DNA of 64,000 nt from Camelus ferus (Eukaryota): assembly GCF_009834535.1 (NCBI RefSeq), contig NC_045697.1, forward strand, positions 103,232,001 through 103,296,000. Reading direction: 5' to 3'. How positions within the stretch are numbered: position 1 is the first letter of the stretch; the number at the start of each line of letters is the position of its first letter. The position numbers and the translations under genes are program-made. Shown in pieces: positions 24,311 to 37,863 of this stretch. The notes under the pieces are model-generated. The model did no database searches. It worked only from the letters and a program-made list of their open reading frames with translations, and was not told where the DNA came from.

Positions 24311-26019
24311 AGTTCACAAAATAACAGGGAGCGCTGTAATTCTCTGTAACTTAGAGAATTCATTTCTTATTTATGTGATTAGTAGAGTATTTAAGTCTTG
24401 CCTCCTGTAAGCCCCACGATGGCTCACAACAGAAAAAGAGAAGGAAACAATGGGGGTGAGACAGAGTGCAGCAACACTGGAGAAAGCAGGCAGCTGAGGG
24501 CGGAAACGGCTGTGCGCCAGTGGGCACATCCAGCTTGGCTGCTCCGTGCAGAGGTGAGGAGAAATGTGGGAGACTCGGGAGGTGTGCAGCCTGACAGCTG
24601 TAGAAAATTGTTTCTCTCCTCAGGTGTAAGAAACAATTGAGGAAGTGTCAGAAAATCTGTGGGATGATTCCCAAGCAAGGGGAGAAAGCCAGGTATCATT
24701 GTTCAGTATCTTGCAAGAAGAAAAAGATATGTCCCTTTCATGGGCTGCCCAAATTCCACAGAGCTTCAGGCCTGAATTCAAATCTGCCTCACATAGTTTC
24801 CCATTAGTACTGATGAGAGATCCCGATGTCAACTTTTGCCCTATTTGGATCAAAATATAACAAATGTCTCTCAATAAAATAATTTACATGAAAAGAGGAG
24901 CTCACTGGATAAAACAGTTGGCTCACGGATGGGAAAACAATTCTATTTGAAACAATCCCAAGCTTTTTAATATGAGACTAGTAACAGGGAATTTTACGTC
25001 TGGGAAGTTTTATTATTACACGCAAAAATCAGTTACTGGAGTTTCCCGGGAACCCAAGTGTTAGCCTTCGTCAAACCATCTAGTCTTCTTGGTCTTCTAT
25101 CTTCCACTCTCTGCCCTCAGAAAAGCTGCCCTCGAGTTTCTCTAGTGGCAATTAGATCTCTATCTAAGGTGCAAAGAGAGAACACAATAGCCCTGAAATT
25201 TTTCTCCTGTTGAGTTTAACCATTTAATTCTAAGTAGAGGGTTATGTCCCGGCAGCCACTCACATTAGCTAGACAGAACAACTATTTTTGAAAAAAGCTT
25301 TCTCACACACTTTATTTATAAAGGGATCCATTTTAACCTACAATCAAGAACCGCTCTGTGTCACAGTCAGAGTTTTATCAGATCTCTCTTGAGAGCATGT
25401 ATCACTGGTTTGACAAACCACGTAGCTTTTCAACAAGATTGATGAGCAGCTACACTTGGGGCCACCTTCTGGGAGATACAACGGTCAAAGAGTCAGCTGA
25501 TGCCCACCAAGGAGTTTACTGCTAAGGGAGAAGGTGGATGCTTAAACAGGACATTCTAAATATCCAAGGAGATCAAAGGAAGTGACACCTAGTCCAGTTT
25601 GGGAGTGGAAGGGAATGATTTCCAAAGAATGCAGAGACTTAAAAAGAAAAAAAAAGCCGATTGGGAAGACTTCAGGTGCCAGCAGTCGGAATGAGACTTT
25701 ATCCTGAGGAAAATAGGAAGCTGGCAGGACAGAGAAGGAGATGATCAGATCTGCCTTCTAGAAAGAACGTGGCTCCAGGATGGAAAGAAGGGACTGGCAG
25801 GGGTGACACTGGAGACAGAAGACCAGCCAGAGACCACGGTTGTCACCCAGAGGCCCACTGATGGAGACTGAATAAGGACATTGGCAGTTGGGATGAAAAG
25901 GATAAAATGCACCTGGAAGAGATGCAAGAGGAAGAACCAGTGCAGGAATGCACGGGAACTGGGCACACGTGGAGGGCGAGGAAGGAGTGACAGTGAAGAA
26001 GGTGCAGCCATACTGTCCT

Positions 26020-26459
26020 TCCCGCCTCCCCTCTTCACCATCAGCTTGCCTCCACGACTTCAGTGCCTGTCTTCCCACTGCCAGCAACTGCACACATTTG
26101 CCAAGGGCTCTCTGGCCACAGGAGCCCGCTTTGCCCACCTGGTTGGTAAGACTAGGGTGCTGGGGAATTGACTGTCCTGGGAGCAGCTTGCACTCCAGCG
26201 CTCTCACCCCGGTGGGCAGAGAACCCTGAGATGTGTGTCCTCCATTGCTTCCCAGAGCTCCCCAGTGACACTGCTCTCCATTTGTCCAGTAGGCAACCTG
26301 TTTGATAAGGAACCCTTTATTGGCTGCCTTCCTTTCCTCAGTTCGCTTCCCCGTCCCTCTCCCAGTGTTTCTTGATCTTGTTTCCTAGGAAAAAAAAAAA
26401 AAGACTCGCACAAATCTTTGTCTTGGGATCGACTTCTGGAGAAACCCAAACAAAAGGCA
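26020..26459 (+). mobile_element. ERVL LTR (LTR16-like)
   Basis: cccagagctccccagtg...aaccctttattggctgccttcctttcc...acttctggagaaacccaaacaaaaggca. Confidence 0.72.
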
Positions 26460-29225
26460 TCCAGCCTGACGGTCTGTGCCACGATGGTGCTGCTATTCAC
26501 TAAGCTAGGAAAGAAAAGGTAGAGAAGAGGGTTCTCATCAGTTTTAATTATTTGGGGAGAAGTCTGGAGACAGTGGGAGGTGGGGGAAATGAGACATTTA
26601 ATTTGGGACTTGTTGACTTTAGAGAGCTGGACAGACCCCTGTGTGGGGCATCTCAACAGAACTCCAGCGGAGGATGCGGGGAACCCAGGATCTCATGAAG
26701 CAAAGGCAAAGCCTGCCCATCCTTTCTGGACGGCAAGCTGAGAACAGAAATGATAAGTACTTTGCTAAAGGAAACACACTGCATGGGGGGGAACAGCCCC
26801 TGACTGACTGTCATTCCAACAACTACATTGAAAAAGGGCCACGGTGTGACGAGGGGTGGGGTGTCTCTCTCTCCACGCGGAGGTCCCCGTTTGGCCTACA
26901 TATGGGAATACGGAATGGATCTGAAAGAGAGATGTTCTAGTTTGCAAGCAGGATGACTTTTCTTTTTTTCCACCCTGGTGACCGGAGGGCAGCTGCTGCC
27001 CTGAAAAGAAATAAGCACAAAGAAGAAATTGCACGAAATGAGAATATGTATTTTTGATAGCAAAGGCATGGAGGAATGCATTGTATATAGAGAAAAGGCC
27101 TTGTAGATGGAATTAGCCAGGCCCAGACTGAAGCCAGGGTCACCACGTGGCAATCTGTCAACAAATACTCTCCATCGCCCATGACACAGACTCAAGAATT
27201 TGAACTTTTATAGCACTATTCATTTTCCAGGCATCTCAGTAGTCTTTGCAAAAGTAAAAACACAACCACGGGCATGGCAGAGGCCTTATAAAGGGCGTGC
27301 AGAAAATTTTACACTCTGCCGACAGGAAGATGCCTGGCTGGGGCCAAAGTAGCTGCAGCCCCAGGAGGGGTAACCTGTACCTGAGAAACCGAGTCCTCAA
27401 TCCGGGTTTTTAAAGGGGCTTTTGGATGGTATCATTTCCCGCCAAGCACAAACATGAAAGCATTGATGACTATCTTCAGTACCAAGTGACTCAACCCTGG
27501 GGCCATCTGGGCAGAGATAAAGGGGCTTGGCCAAACAGCTACAGTTTTTTTTTCCCCTCCGTCTTTGTGGCTTTCCATAGATAGCTCAGGCGGGGCACCT
27601 AAACTGGGTAGAAATTTCTCCTTTTGGAGAATTTAAAAAAGCGTGCCTGCCACTTTGGTGTGTGAGCCCACAGCTGCTGGTCTGCAGAGACCTGATCAGT
27701 TATATATTTGAGAAGGACTAGTTTGGACACAAAGCTGTCAGGGCTTAAACCAAGACCTTTCCCTGCAAAGAATTTTTAACGGAGTCAATAGCTCCCCTTT
27801 GGAAGCTACCTACCCGCTAAGACCAAACGAGGCTGGTGAGGGACCAGTGGGGCTAGTTAAGAACACATCATTTTTAGCTTCAAATAACATTATCTGGATC
27901 AGGAAGAAAAGAATAATGAAAACTTCTCCCTCTCGTAAATGGCTGGACAGACGACACAGCTCATCTACTGCAAGTTCATCAGAGAAATGCTACAAGCCAT
28001 GCAGAAGAGTCTCCCAATTTGAAACACAACAGGAAGCAGATAGCTCCACCGACATGTCATTCAGTTCAGGGCAGTATGTTTGCACCACAAATGGAAGTGT
28101 TCCTATAAATTAAAAGTTGTCTGATGGAAAGACTGCCATCATCATCATGACTTTCATAGTCTCTAAAGCGAAGGGGCACTCGTATTGATGGCCTGGAGGT
28201 GGCCACGTGGCATCCGGACCCACCCATTTGGGAGTAAGCCAATTAGCCCTAATGGATACAGAAACATTGTCGTTAAGTACACAGCTTGATGAACTGTCAC
28301 AAAACTACCCATGCGTGAAACTCAACCAGCAGCCAGATCAAGAAACGTACCATCCCCGCTTCCCAGAAGCCCTTCTTGTGTCCCCTCCCCAGTCCCTGCC
28401 ACTCCAAATGCTGAGTCCTTTAAAAATTATGTTTGAAGACTTGTGCCTTCTTCAACTTTTAGTGGGGGTGGTAGAATTTCTAGTAGGCTAGACTGATTTC
28501 CCCCCGTACCAGCACATAGTTTTGGCTCCACAAAGAAGATAGTCACTTGAGCTGAAGTTACAATGACATTACAGGCAGCAGAGCTTTTGAAAAAGAGGGA
28601 AGGTGGAAGAAGCCTGAAGATTCTCTGTTCTCTTTCTCCTGGAAACTGGGCTAGGACTAAACCTGAGTTCTCCTGAGTCTCAGTCGAGAACTTTTTCTTT
28701 TGCACTGCTGACCAGACCTCTCACTTCAGGGTTACATGTTTTATTTAACCAGGAGGATTTTACCCAGTTCTGTGAAACTATTTCTCCAGCTCAGACAATC
28801 CATTAAAAATTGTTGAAAAGAAACATTAACTGTCTCTTTAACTTTTCCAACTGAAAGAAACATTCCAAGTGACTATGATTTACCAGATACCAAAGTATGA
28901 GAAGAAGAAAGAAAAGGATTGGAAGAGGACACAATTAGAATTATAGTAATAACCAGTCCACCCCTGTCCTGTAACTGCTTTGAAATACCTTATTTAGAGG
29001 ACTGTTTTTTATTCCTAACTATACGAGGGTAATCCACCAGTAGTATTTCAAATGCCAACGAGGGGTACACTGGAGAGATGTGCTCCTTTGCTCACTGTTG
29101 GGGACACATCATCTGACTTCAGAGGCAGCGTAATGGGGTAGAAAGAGATAAAATGAACTGTGCAGCTCCGGGTTTGAATTCCCGGGCTGCCACTCACCAA
29201 CTGGATAATTTTAAACAAATTATTA

Positions 29226-29517
29226 CAGGCATATCTCGCCTTATTGTACTTCGCAGATACTGCATTTTTTAAATACAAATTGAAGGTTTGAGGCAATCAT
29301 GTGCTGCCAGATGATGTGTACTTTTAAGCAATGAAGTATTTTTAAATTAAGGTATGTACTTTTTTTTTAGACATAATGCTGTTGCACACTGAAGAGACTA
29401 CAGTATAGTGTAAACATAACTTTTATATGCACCGAGAAACCAAAAAGTTTGTGTGACTCGCTTCGTGGTGATACTCACTTTATCGTGGTGGTCTGGGATA
29501 TCTCTGAGGTCTGCCTG
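29226..29517 (+). mobile_element. Internally deleted Tigger1 (non-autonomous derivative)
   Basis: TIRs CAGGCATATCTC...GAGGTCTGCCTG, TA duplications at 29224-25 and 29518-19, and Tigger1 3' sequence tagacataatgctgttgcacact...tacagtatagtgtaaacataacttttatatgcac. Confidence 0.9.
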
Positions 29518-29527
29518 TAAATCTCTC

Positions 29528-29828
29528 CACAAAAGATGCGGACTTCCAGTTATGAAATAAATAAGTTCTGGGGGATGTAATGTACAGTATGGTGACTATA
29601 GTTAACAAAACTGTATTGCATATTTAAAAGTTGCTAAGAGAGTAGACCTTAAAGGTTCTCAGTCACAAGAAACAAACGTTTGTAACTATGTGAGGTGATG
29701 GATGTTAACTAGATTTATTGTGGTAATCACTTCCATATATTCATGTATGTCTCATGTCATTAGGCTGTACATTTGAAACTAATACAATGCTGTATGTCAA
29801 TTATGTCTCAGTAAAACTGAAAAAAGAG
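29528..29828 (+). mobile_element. L1MA-type 3' end
   Basis: aataagttctgggggatgtaatgtacagtatggtgactatagttaac...gttgctaagagagtagacctta; TSD tattaaatctctc. Confidence 0.85.
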
Positions 29829-32800
29829 TATTAAATCTCTCTGAATCTCCATTTAACCAACCTGTAAGATTGAGCATAATTCCTGTGTCTCCATGGTTTG
29901 TTTTCAAAATTAAATGTGATGACACAGATCCCGGGTCTGACCACCTGGCAGGTTCTGGATAACGATTACCTTCCTCCTCTGTCCAGAATGAATGTGGTTA
30001 ATCCAAAAGAAGCCTAAGCCACAACATGACACACACCAACAACACCCAACGTTCTCCTGTTTATATGACTTAGTCTGCATTTTAAAAGAATCTGCTGTGT
30101 TTGAAAAAGGATTGAGAAAAACACTTTGCTGGAATCCAGGAAAGCTTGGTATGTCTCTCTCTTGAGATGTGAGTTGGCAAGTCTTAACAGGAAGAAAGGT
30201 GACATGCACACCTTCTGAACCCATGCTAGAGAGAGGTCCTTCGCAGCTGGCCAGCAGCATGGGGGGCCAAGGGTGAGTTGCAGGTGGTACTCTGATGCTA
30301 GGCACCATTTATTTAGATTTTAGAAAAGTCTATGAGCTGGTATGACTTCAATTAGATTGATCGGCTGAACAGAGAGAGAATAATGGATCAAGAACTGGCC
30401 TGGGGACAAGGTAGACCATTCCAAGCCAGCCTTTTCATTTAACATCAAACCTGACTGGCATATCAAGTCTTGAAAAGAACTACAATTTGCCCGTGTTCTT
30501 TACTTCTTGTTTGTGGGTTACAAATAATAACAAAAAGAGTTTCTTTTTGTTTCAAGGGAAGTTAGCAAATACTGGGGGTAGGGATTTACAAACACAATTG
30601 CTGAGATGTTTTATACTGCCTAACTCTAAGCTCCATCTGAAATAACAAACGGAAGCTTCGGTGACTCCAAACACTGCAAGAGAATTCCACGGAGACCCAC
30701 ATTTTCCTTCACACCCGCTCTGGTTGTGTTTTTGTTTTTTTGGCTTAATACAGAGCAAACATACTGTGACTTCAAAATCATAATAAAACAGAACTGAAGC
30801 GCTACATTGCTTAAAAGCAGTGCCCAGACGTAAATCCTTCTCTTAACAGCCTTTGCTCTGGGAAGACGATGGGAAAACACCAATAGCCACAGATACAAAG
30901 GTAATGGGTCTCCTCCTCCCACAGAGCCGCCCTCCTCCATGCCCTGAAAAACACCTGATCTCAGAATCTTCCTTCTAAGAGTGTGACTTTATTACAAAAT
31001 GAGACGGCTATAAATTAGACAAATACATTAAATTATACACGGTCTGTAATTTCTGTCTCCCCCGTCATAGGAAAGCTCTTTGATTTCTCTTGTAAAATCA
31101 CCATCCGCCCCGGCACCACCCTGGATGCTCTCAGTAATCTGTTCACGGCTTTCAGGATACTCTGTCCTCACATCTCTCCAGCAGAAGGTGATAGCAGCTT
31201 TCAACTCATTGTTTTATTCAGGATTCTTGGTGCTACCTCTGTCGAAGACATTCGCAGCAAGTAAAAATGTTAGGTGTTGGCTCGTGAGCATTCTGTGGTT
31301 CACAGGCAAGTCAGTCTAGAAATAGTGGCCACAAGGCGAGCCAGGACGCCGTGAAGCCCTGTGTTTATTCTGTTCCTCCGGGATGGTGGCAGCTGTGTGT
31401 CTCAGATACCATCTGCCCAAGGCAAATGCCTAGTTAACTGTGCTATTCTCAATTTCTCCACGATCCGTAGTGCGCCCACCTCTCCCCACTTTGCTCTCTC
31501 CCACACCACTTGCTTCGTCCTCCAAGGGCCTGACACACAATCACAACCCACTGCCTGGATCCCTGGGGCCCGGAGCCGCCAGGCCTTACGTGTTACTCTC
31601 ATGTGGTGCCCTCCCCTGCCCCTGGGTCTCACTCCAAAGGTGTCTGGAAGAGGTTTATCCCATTGAGAGTGGTATATAAATATATACCAATATATACTGT
31701 TGAACTAATGCTGTGGGTTTTCAGCATTTGCAAGGGACTTCTTGGATTGGAACTCATTAAACCTCACTAATTATGGTCTCCAGTAATAAGGAATTTGAAA
31801 TCATTCTCGAGGCTGATGTTTATCTTTGCATGATCTGTGGCAAGATGAAGTTTGCTAAGTAAATAAAGAATAGAAATCATATTTTAATGGTGACATTTAA
31901 ATTAGCCAAGAGAAGATTTCTAAGGATGCTGAGGCTTTTATTTCTATACTAACAACAAATTATATTTGGCCTAGTCACTAAAACCAGCTGTCTCCTTCCT
32001 GGTTTCCCCATTTCTGCACGGCCACCACTGTTTCCAAATTCTACCTGCTTGTAGCAAAGCTAACCCGTCTCTCGGACAGGTCAGCTAGACTCGGTCCGCC
32101 TGTCCCACCCCCTCCTCCTTTTCTCTCAAACTCCGGCCCTATTAACGATGCAGCCCCCACTGGGCAACTCATTCTTGCCACATCTCCAACGATTCAGAAA
32201 CCTGCTGCTCACTTGGTCTCCCGAAATTTTCCATAGGGATTCATGACTCTTACACCATAGACTCTTAAGATCTTTCACTGGAGCTTTAAGATTTCTTTGT
32301 TCCCAGCACTGCATTTAGCAGAGTCCGGGAATAAACGTAGGTCCACAGTATGTATGGGAGACCCCTGGGGCTTGATATATTTTGGGATTCATACTGTTTT
32401 TTATTTCAGGATGATAATACGGTACATAAGATGTGCTTTATATAACACTCCAATGGGCCTTCATAATCAAGCACGTTGATACTTCTGCAACATAATGTAT
32501 GAACTTCACCCTTGGCATAAAGGCTATAAATAGCCTCCCACTAGGTCCTGCCACCAAGTCACCTATTCAAAACATTGTGGCTAGATTTCAGAATTTTCAG
32601 AAGGGATTGGGAAGATACGGTAGACGGTATACGAAGGCTGTTTATCACTGTCCAGACGTCAAAGACATGTTTTCTCGAAAAGTCTCCCCACTGTAATCTT
32701 TCGTCAATTCAGACTGATCTTCTCCACAATTAGTCCAAGTCATCAAGAGCTTCCTTACAAAACATATCTTCAGATTACAAGAACTCTGTGATTGCAAGGT

Positions 32801-34680
32801 TGTCCTTACTGCTTCTAATTTTTCTAATTTTAACTCCATTTTTAAAGCATTTTCAACCTTACTTTTTAAAAGTCCCCTTTGAGTTGTCTATTTTGGCAAA
32901 ATTTAAATATAGTCATTTTGTTTATCTTCTGCCTAAAGAAAGGCTTCTTCAGGAACAGAGGTTGATTAGCCCTTAGAATGACGGGTTTACATTTAAAAAA
33001 GTCTCAGGGATGCTGACTCCCGAGCCCTCAAATAAGAGTTAACTTTTTAAGTGTGAGTTGATCGACTTTGTAATAAAGGTCTGTCAAGGAAATCACAGGA
33101 AGCCCCCCCCGCCCCCGCCTCCACCACCCCCGACACAAGACACACAGTTAAACATATCACTCTTTGAGGTCACGTTGTCACTTGACCAATAAACCCTTCT
33201 TAAAATATAGCCAGGCCAAACATTAAGCCAACGATGCAAGGTTTGTAGATACATCACAGGATGCTGGCTGGATGGGTCACAGCACTCTGACAGGCAATTC
33301 CTAGGCAGTTATTTTGACATTAGAAAGTCACAATCCATCAACTTAACAGCAGGGTGATAATTTAGGGACCGGGGAGATGGCTATTCAAAATGACACTGTG
33401 GGAAGTAAACAGGAGTTCAAATAGCCCCTGTTTGAGAATGAAGACATCAACTAAGCAGAATTTCTTTCCACCCCTAGAACCAGGTATTATGTAACGTGTT
33501 TTTGTGTAAGCATGTTATTTATGGTATTTGAACAGAAAAGCCCTGCAAGGCTAACAAGCGTGCAGGTACCAGGGTTCTTTGGAGATGAGAAGAAATGGAT
33601 CTGACATCACAAGACTAAAGGACGACCAAGAATGGCTTTTTCCCCCATGGTCTGTCACAAACCGCTTCCAACGACCTGTGATCCCCCAAGCCAGTATTTC
33701 TGAAGATGCTCGCTGGCCCTTTCTGAATCGCAAAATGCTCAGCTCTCCAACCATCTGTGCCTCTGACACCGAGCTCCTTCTGTGTGAGGGGGACACTTGG
33801 ACTTTATTCTTGTGGAAACTCCCAGCCAACTACCCTGCTGTGAGCCCCTCCTGCACACACGTGGCCTTGTTCTCTCCTGGGCGAATGAATGGGTGTGAGC
33901 CACCAAAAGCTTCTGAAATTCTCTCAGTGGCTAAGAGCTGGAAGTGGCTGCTGAATGGGTACTGGGGTTGGGGTGGGGAGCTCCAGGGCAGGGGTTCTCA
34001 AATGTTCACATTTCAGGATAACTCTGAGAACGCCCTGGGGGACGGCCACGCTGTGGGTCAGGGGACAGCAAGCACATCTTCCTTTTGGCTCAGTAAAGAG
34101 CCATGAAAAAGGAGGCGTGGAGAAGAAATTGTGCAGTGATGCTGAGATGTCAACAGGGAGTGGTGGATGGCTCTATGCAGATCCTCTGACTAAGAAGAGA
34201 GGTGAGACCTGGGTGGCAAGGCTGTCTTCACAAGCTGTGTTGCTCCCATGGAAACCGAAGTGGCCTCTGGGGTGGCCCACACCCTACCAGGGTTATGACC
34301 TTCCCTGCCTGTGATCAGCATCCCCGCCACTGTTCCCTTCTATCCTCCTGGCTGCCTGCCTGAAATACTGACAATGTGGAAAGCAAATTATGTCTAGGAT
34401 ACACTTCGCTATTTCAAAGGAATTCACTTTACAAATGAAACATCAGCGGGGAGAGGATGACAGGCTCCTGCAGCAAAGAAGAAGAGCTTTACGATCGTCT
34501 GCATTTGATTTTAACCAACTTCTGTGGCTATTTAAATTGAGTTTCTCCCTCCCGTCAAAATCCAAGCTTCCTACGAATAACTTCTACCTACAAACTGAAA
34601 GTATCTGAAAACCCACATGTTTCAGGAAAGCAATTTTTAAGCAACCAGCAGTAGAAGCAAAATCAACAATGTTTCCATAC

Positions 34681-34784
34681 CTGGAGCTGATATTCTTCCG
34701 TGAAGCACAGGTTCACTGGGCAGCAGGTCTTTTGAATTGAAGGTGAATGGTGATTGTCTACATGTATCTTCTGAAAAAAAAGGG
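34681..34784 (-). CDS. ZNF827: ZNF827 internal coding exon (104 nt, phase 2-1; about exon 8)
   Basis: Acceptor cctctcccacccccag|C, donor CCAG|gtatgg. Encodes (S)PFFSEDTCRQSPFTFNSKDLLPSEPVLHGRISAP(E), in frame with the 58-nt exon. Confidence 0.94.
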
Positions 34785-34857
34785 CTGGGGGTGGGAGAGG
34801 AGGAGGGAAGTTTAGTAAATCAATGTTATTTAAGATACCCAGAGCATCTGGTCCCCG

Positions 34858-34948
34858 ATACACAGACACACACACAGACACAGACACACACAGACACGCG
34901 TACACGAGTGCATACGTGCGCGTGAGTGCAAGCACGTGTGCACGCGCA
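34858..34948. repeat. CA/CG alternating purine-pyrimidine tract
   Basis: acacagacacacacagacac...gcgtacacgagtgcatacgtgcgcgtgagtgcaagcacgtgtgcacgcgcac. Confidence 0.85.
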
Positions 34949-35689
34949 CCATAAAGAATCTTTTAAAAATGGTGTTTACAGAATGTAAGAGGACTATCCT
35001 TAAAATGGAGAAAGAAAATGTATCATAGCAGATAAGTGCCGTCTGTAGATTCTACCTATTGGTTTTATATTTAAAGTGAATATATATGAAACATCATGTT
35101 TGAAACATTGTTAAACCCACAGTCAGGAGAGCTGAGAAGTGTATCTTCCTCCTGCACTGTATGTTCTATGAGTGTGTTGTGCGCCCAGATGGAGACCAAC
35201 CACCTGAGTCAGATCAAAGAGGTCTGTTTGAGGTTATTTCCAGAGTGGGGACAGATGTGCTCCGGCTCACCCACATTCTGTCACCTGATCCCTCAAGGAC
35301 CAAGGGCATGCCTCAGAAGGGCAGACAGCTGGAGTCAGGGACCACTGCACTGAAGGAGACAGCTTGCTGGTCCCCATGGAAGCTGAGTCTGCATCCTACA
35401 ACTGCCTTGGTTTGGAAGGAGTTAGAGCCAGTGAATGGGGCTGCCAGGAAGAACCCTGGGGAGCATCTCCATTTTCCAAGAAACCAAGGCTCTGACTTGA
35501 GTGATTCTAAGCTCCCCTGGTGACTTAGCTAGAACTAGAACCAGGGACACCCGACACCCAACCAGGGTTTTCCTCTAATACCACAGCCACAGTGAACATA
35601 AATGCTTTGGATGCTTTTAATCAGAGGGTTTTAACGCAATCACAGCATTCATCTTCCCGTGCCTCTCAAGTAAACTGTAAGTATTGCGA

Positions 35690-36145
35690 CCACATACTGG
35701 AGTAGACAGCAGAGTCCAGCATGGAGAACTGAAAGCCGAATTTGTTTACAACAGAGAAAGCATCACTGAGGGACCTGGGTACACAGGTGGTGGAAGGTTC
35801 ATAGGGGGCAGTAGTGCAGCTCAGAAACAGGAGGAGCAAGAAGCCACCACCACCCTGAGGCTGGAGGGACAAAAGAAAGAGTTAAACGGAGCCCAGGGCT
35901 GGGGTCACCCGGTGGGAGCTGGAGGCATGGTGAGCCTGCCCAGGGGGCAGCTGGAACCAGGGAGGTGCAGCCGCTGCAGGAGACAGAGAGGGAGGGAAAT
36001 ACTCCAGCTCTTTCTGAAGCCCCGCCCCCCACCCCATCAAAGGCTCTGATTGGCTGAACCTGCCTAGAAGTCAGGGCCACGCAGCCAGCAGGGATCAGCT
36101 CCTGCAAAACGACGGATCAGGGGAAGGAACAGACCTGAGGGCACG
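35690..36145 (-). mobile_element. MaLR LTR (MLT1K-like)
   Basis: aagccaccaccaccctgaggctggagggacaaaag and attggctgaacctgcctagaagtcaggg match recalled MLT1K blocks. Confidence 0.6.
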
Positions 36146-36499
36146 CAAGCCTATGACTCCATGACAGGTAATGCTTTTTAAACATGCCGCAAGGCTATCA
36201 CTGTTATTAAATGCTAAAAAGAAAATACTGCGATAAAATGGAGGACGTGTCTTTTTTTTTTTTTTAAGTAAAACACATGATTAATACAGTTTCATTTAGC
36301 TGTTAGGCTAGATTTAATGCAACTTTGTGTGGCATGCTTTTTATTTATATCTTAAGCATAGAACAATTTAAATAGGCTATAATAGTGAACCGGCCACAGG
36401 CTAGCAGGTGATGGAGACTGGAAGACGTGTCATTTTGCACCAAACTTCTCCCAACCTGAAACTGACACAAGTCCCATGAGAGGACGAGGCCAGGCAGCG

Positions 36500-36730
36500 T
36501 GGGGGCTAAGAGCGTGCACGGGAGGGTGGGCAGTTCTAGGTTCAAATACCAGCTCTGCCACTTACGGCTGTGTGATCTTGCACAAATCATTTGACTTTTC
36601 TGAGCCTTTGTTTCTTGTCTGTTTAATGGGATGATGGTTGCATCCCTGGGAGGGCTGAGTTGCTAGTCCATGTAGCACTCTCTTCGCTGTGTCTGGCAAA
36701 CAGCAAGTGCTCACCAAAGGCAAGCTATTT
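36500..36730 (+). mobile_element. MIR SINE
   Basis: ggttcaaataccagctctgccacttacggctgtgtgatcttgcacaaatcatttgacttttctgagcctttgtttc. Confidence 0.8.
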
Positions 36731-37863
36731 TTAATCTGTATCTCGGTCTAGGCCAAAAGGGAACATGCATTAATCACCCTTTCCTCGTAAGCTGACAAAA
36801 AGTGTAGTTTCCTTGCATAAAATGCATGAAGGAAAGGTCGCTCTGATTTGGAAGTGTCAGTTGACTGCTGGGGCAAGTTAGGTTAATTTCCAACTCTTCC
36901 ACAAAGAAAACTGTTTAGAATCAAAGAACCTTTAAGGAAGTAGAGACCTTGGAGGATTGCTGGTTGGACCCAGAGCGTCAGATTTCGCAATTCCCACCTC
37001 CTGAGCCCTGAAGTGTCTATACAAGGTGACGGCGACATCCTGAGGTCTGAGTGGACAGTTCACATGGGAAGTACCACAGGTTGGCCCAAGGGCACAGGGT
37101 AAACAAAGGTCAGGCGATAGGTCTTCGGTTATCCTGGAATCACCCTGGAATATGAGAGCTCATGGAACTGTTTGGTCTGAAATGTGGATTCTTCCCTTTG
37201 GGGACGACAAGAGTCCCAAGAGGGGCCCCATACGGGTACCTAGAAATACCACCTTTCTTGCCACAGAGAAAGGTGCGCAGTGCCCTCATTCCCTCAGCTT
37301 CACAGTAGCACTTGGTGAGTGCCTGGATGCGCCAGACACTGGAAACATAACTCAGCAACGTTGGTTACAGTGGCAAATGTCGGGGGGGTTCAAAGACTAG
37401 ACTAATGCTGTGGAAGAGAGGGGCATGGGGTTATAGCTGGGGGTCTGGCCTGGCCTGGAAGGCCAGCTTTTCCTGCAGAAGCCACAACTGAGCTGAGACC
37501 TGAGTGGGGAGTAGGGTTGTCAGGGTTCCCGGGGGCTGGGAGAACTGTCCCCTGCAGAGCGTGAGAACACAGCCAGTCTGCGGGTGGTGGGGGGGGGATG
37601 AGGCTGAAGCGGCGGGCGGGGCAGGCTCATGGCACGCAGAGATCACGGCTTCGTCCTGACAATACTGGGAAGCCCTGCAGTGCTTTAAGTAAGGGAGCAC
37701 AGAATACGAGTTCACTTTCAGGAGGTCCTGCTGGGCAGGCCGAAGAACACAAGGCAGGCGGCCAGAGCAGCAGTCCATACGGGACATGATGACTCTGGTG
37801 GCCAACCCTGCAAAGCAGCAGCGACACATGCAGACTGAAAAACAGTCTAAGAAATAGGGCAGG

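Larger units (their letters stand above)
29125..29920 (+). mobile_element. MIR split by nested Tigger1-derived and L1 insertions
   Basis: 5' part ccgggtttgaattcccgggctgccactcaccaactg (to ~29220) continues as aatctctctgaatctccattt..ctgtaag after 29829. Confidence 0.65.
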
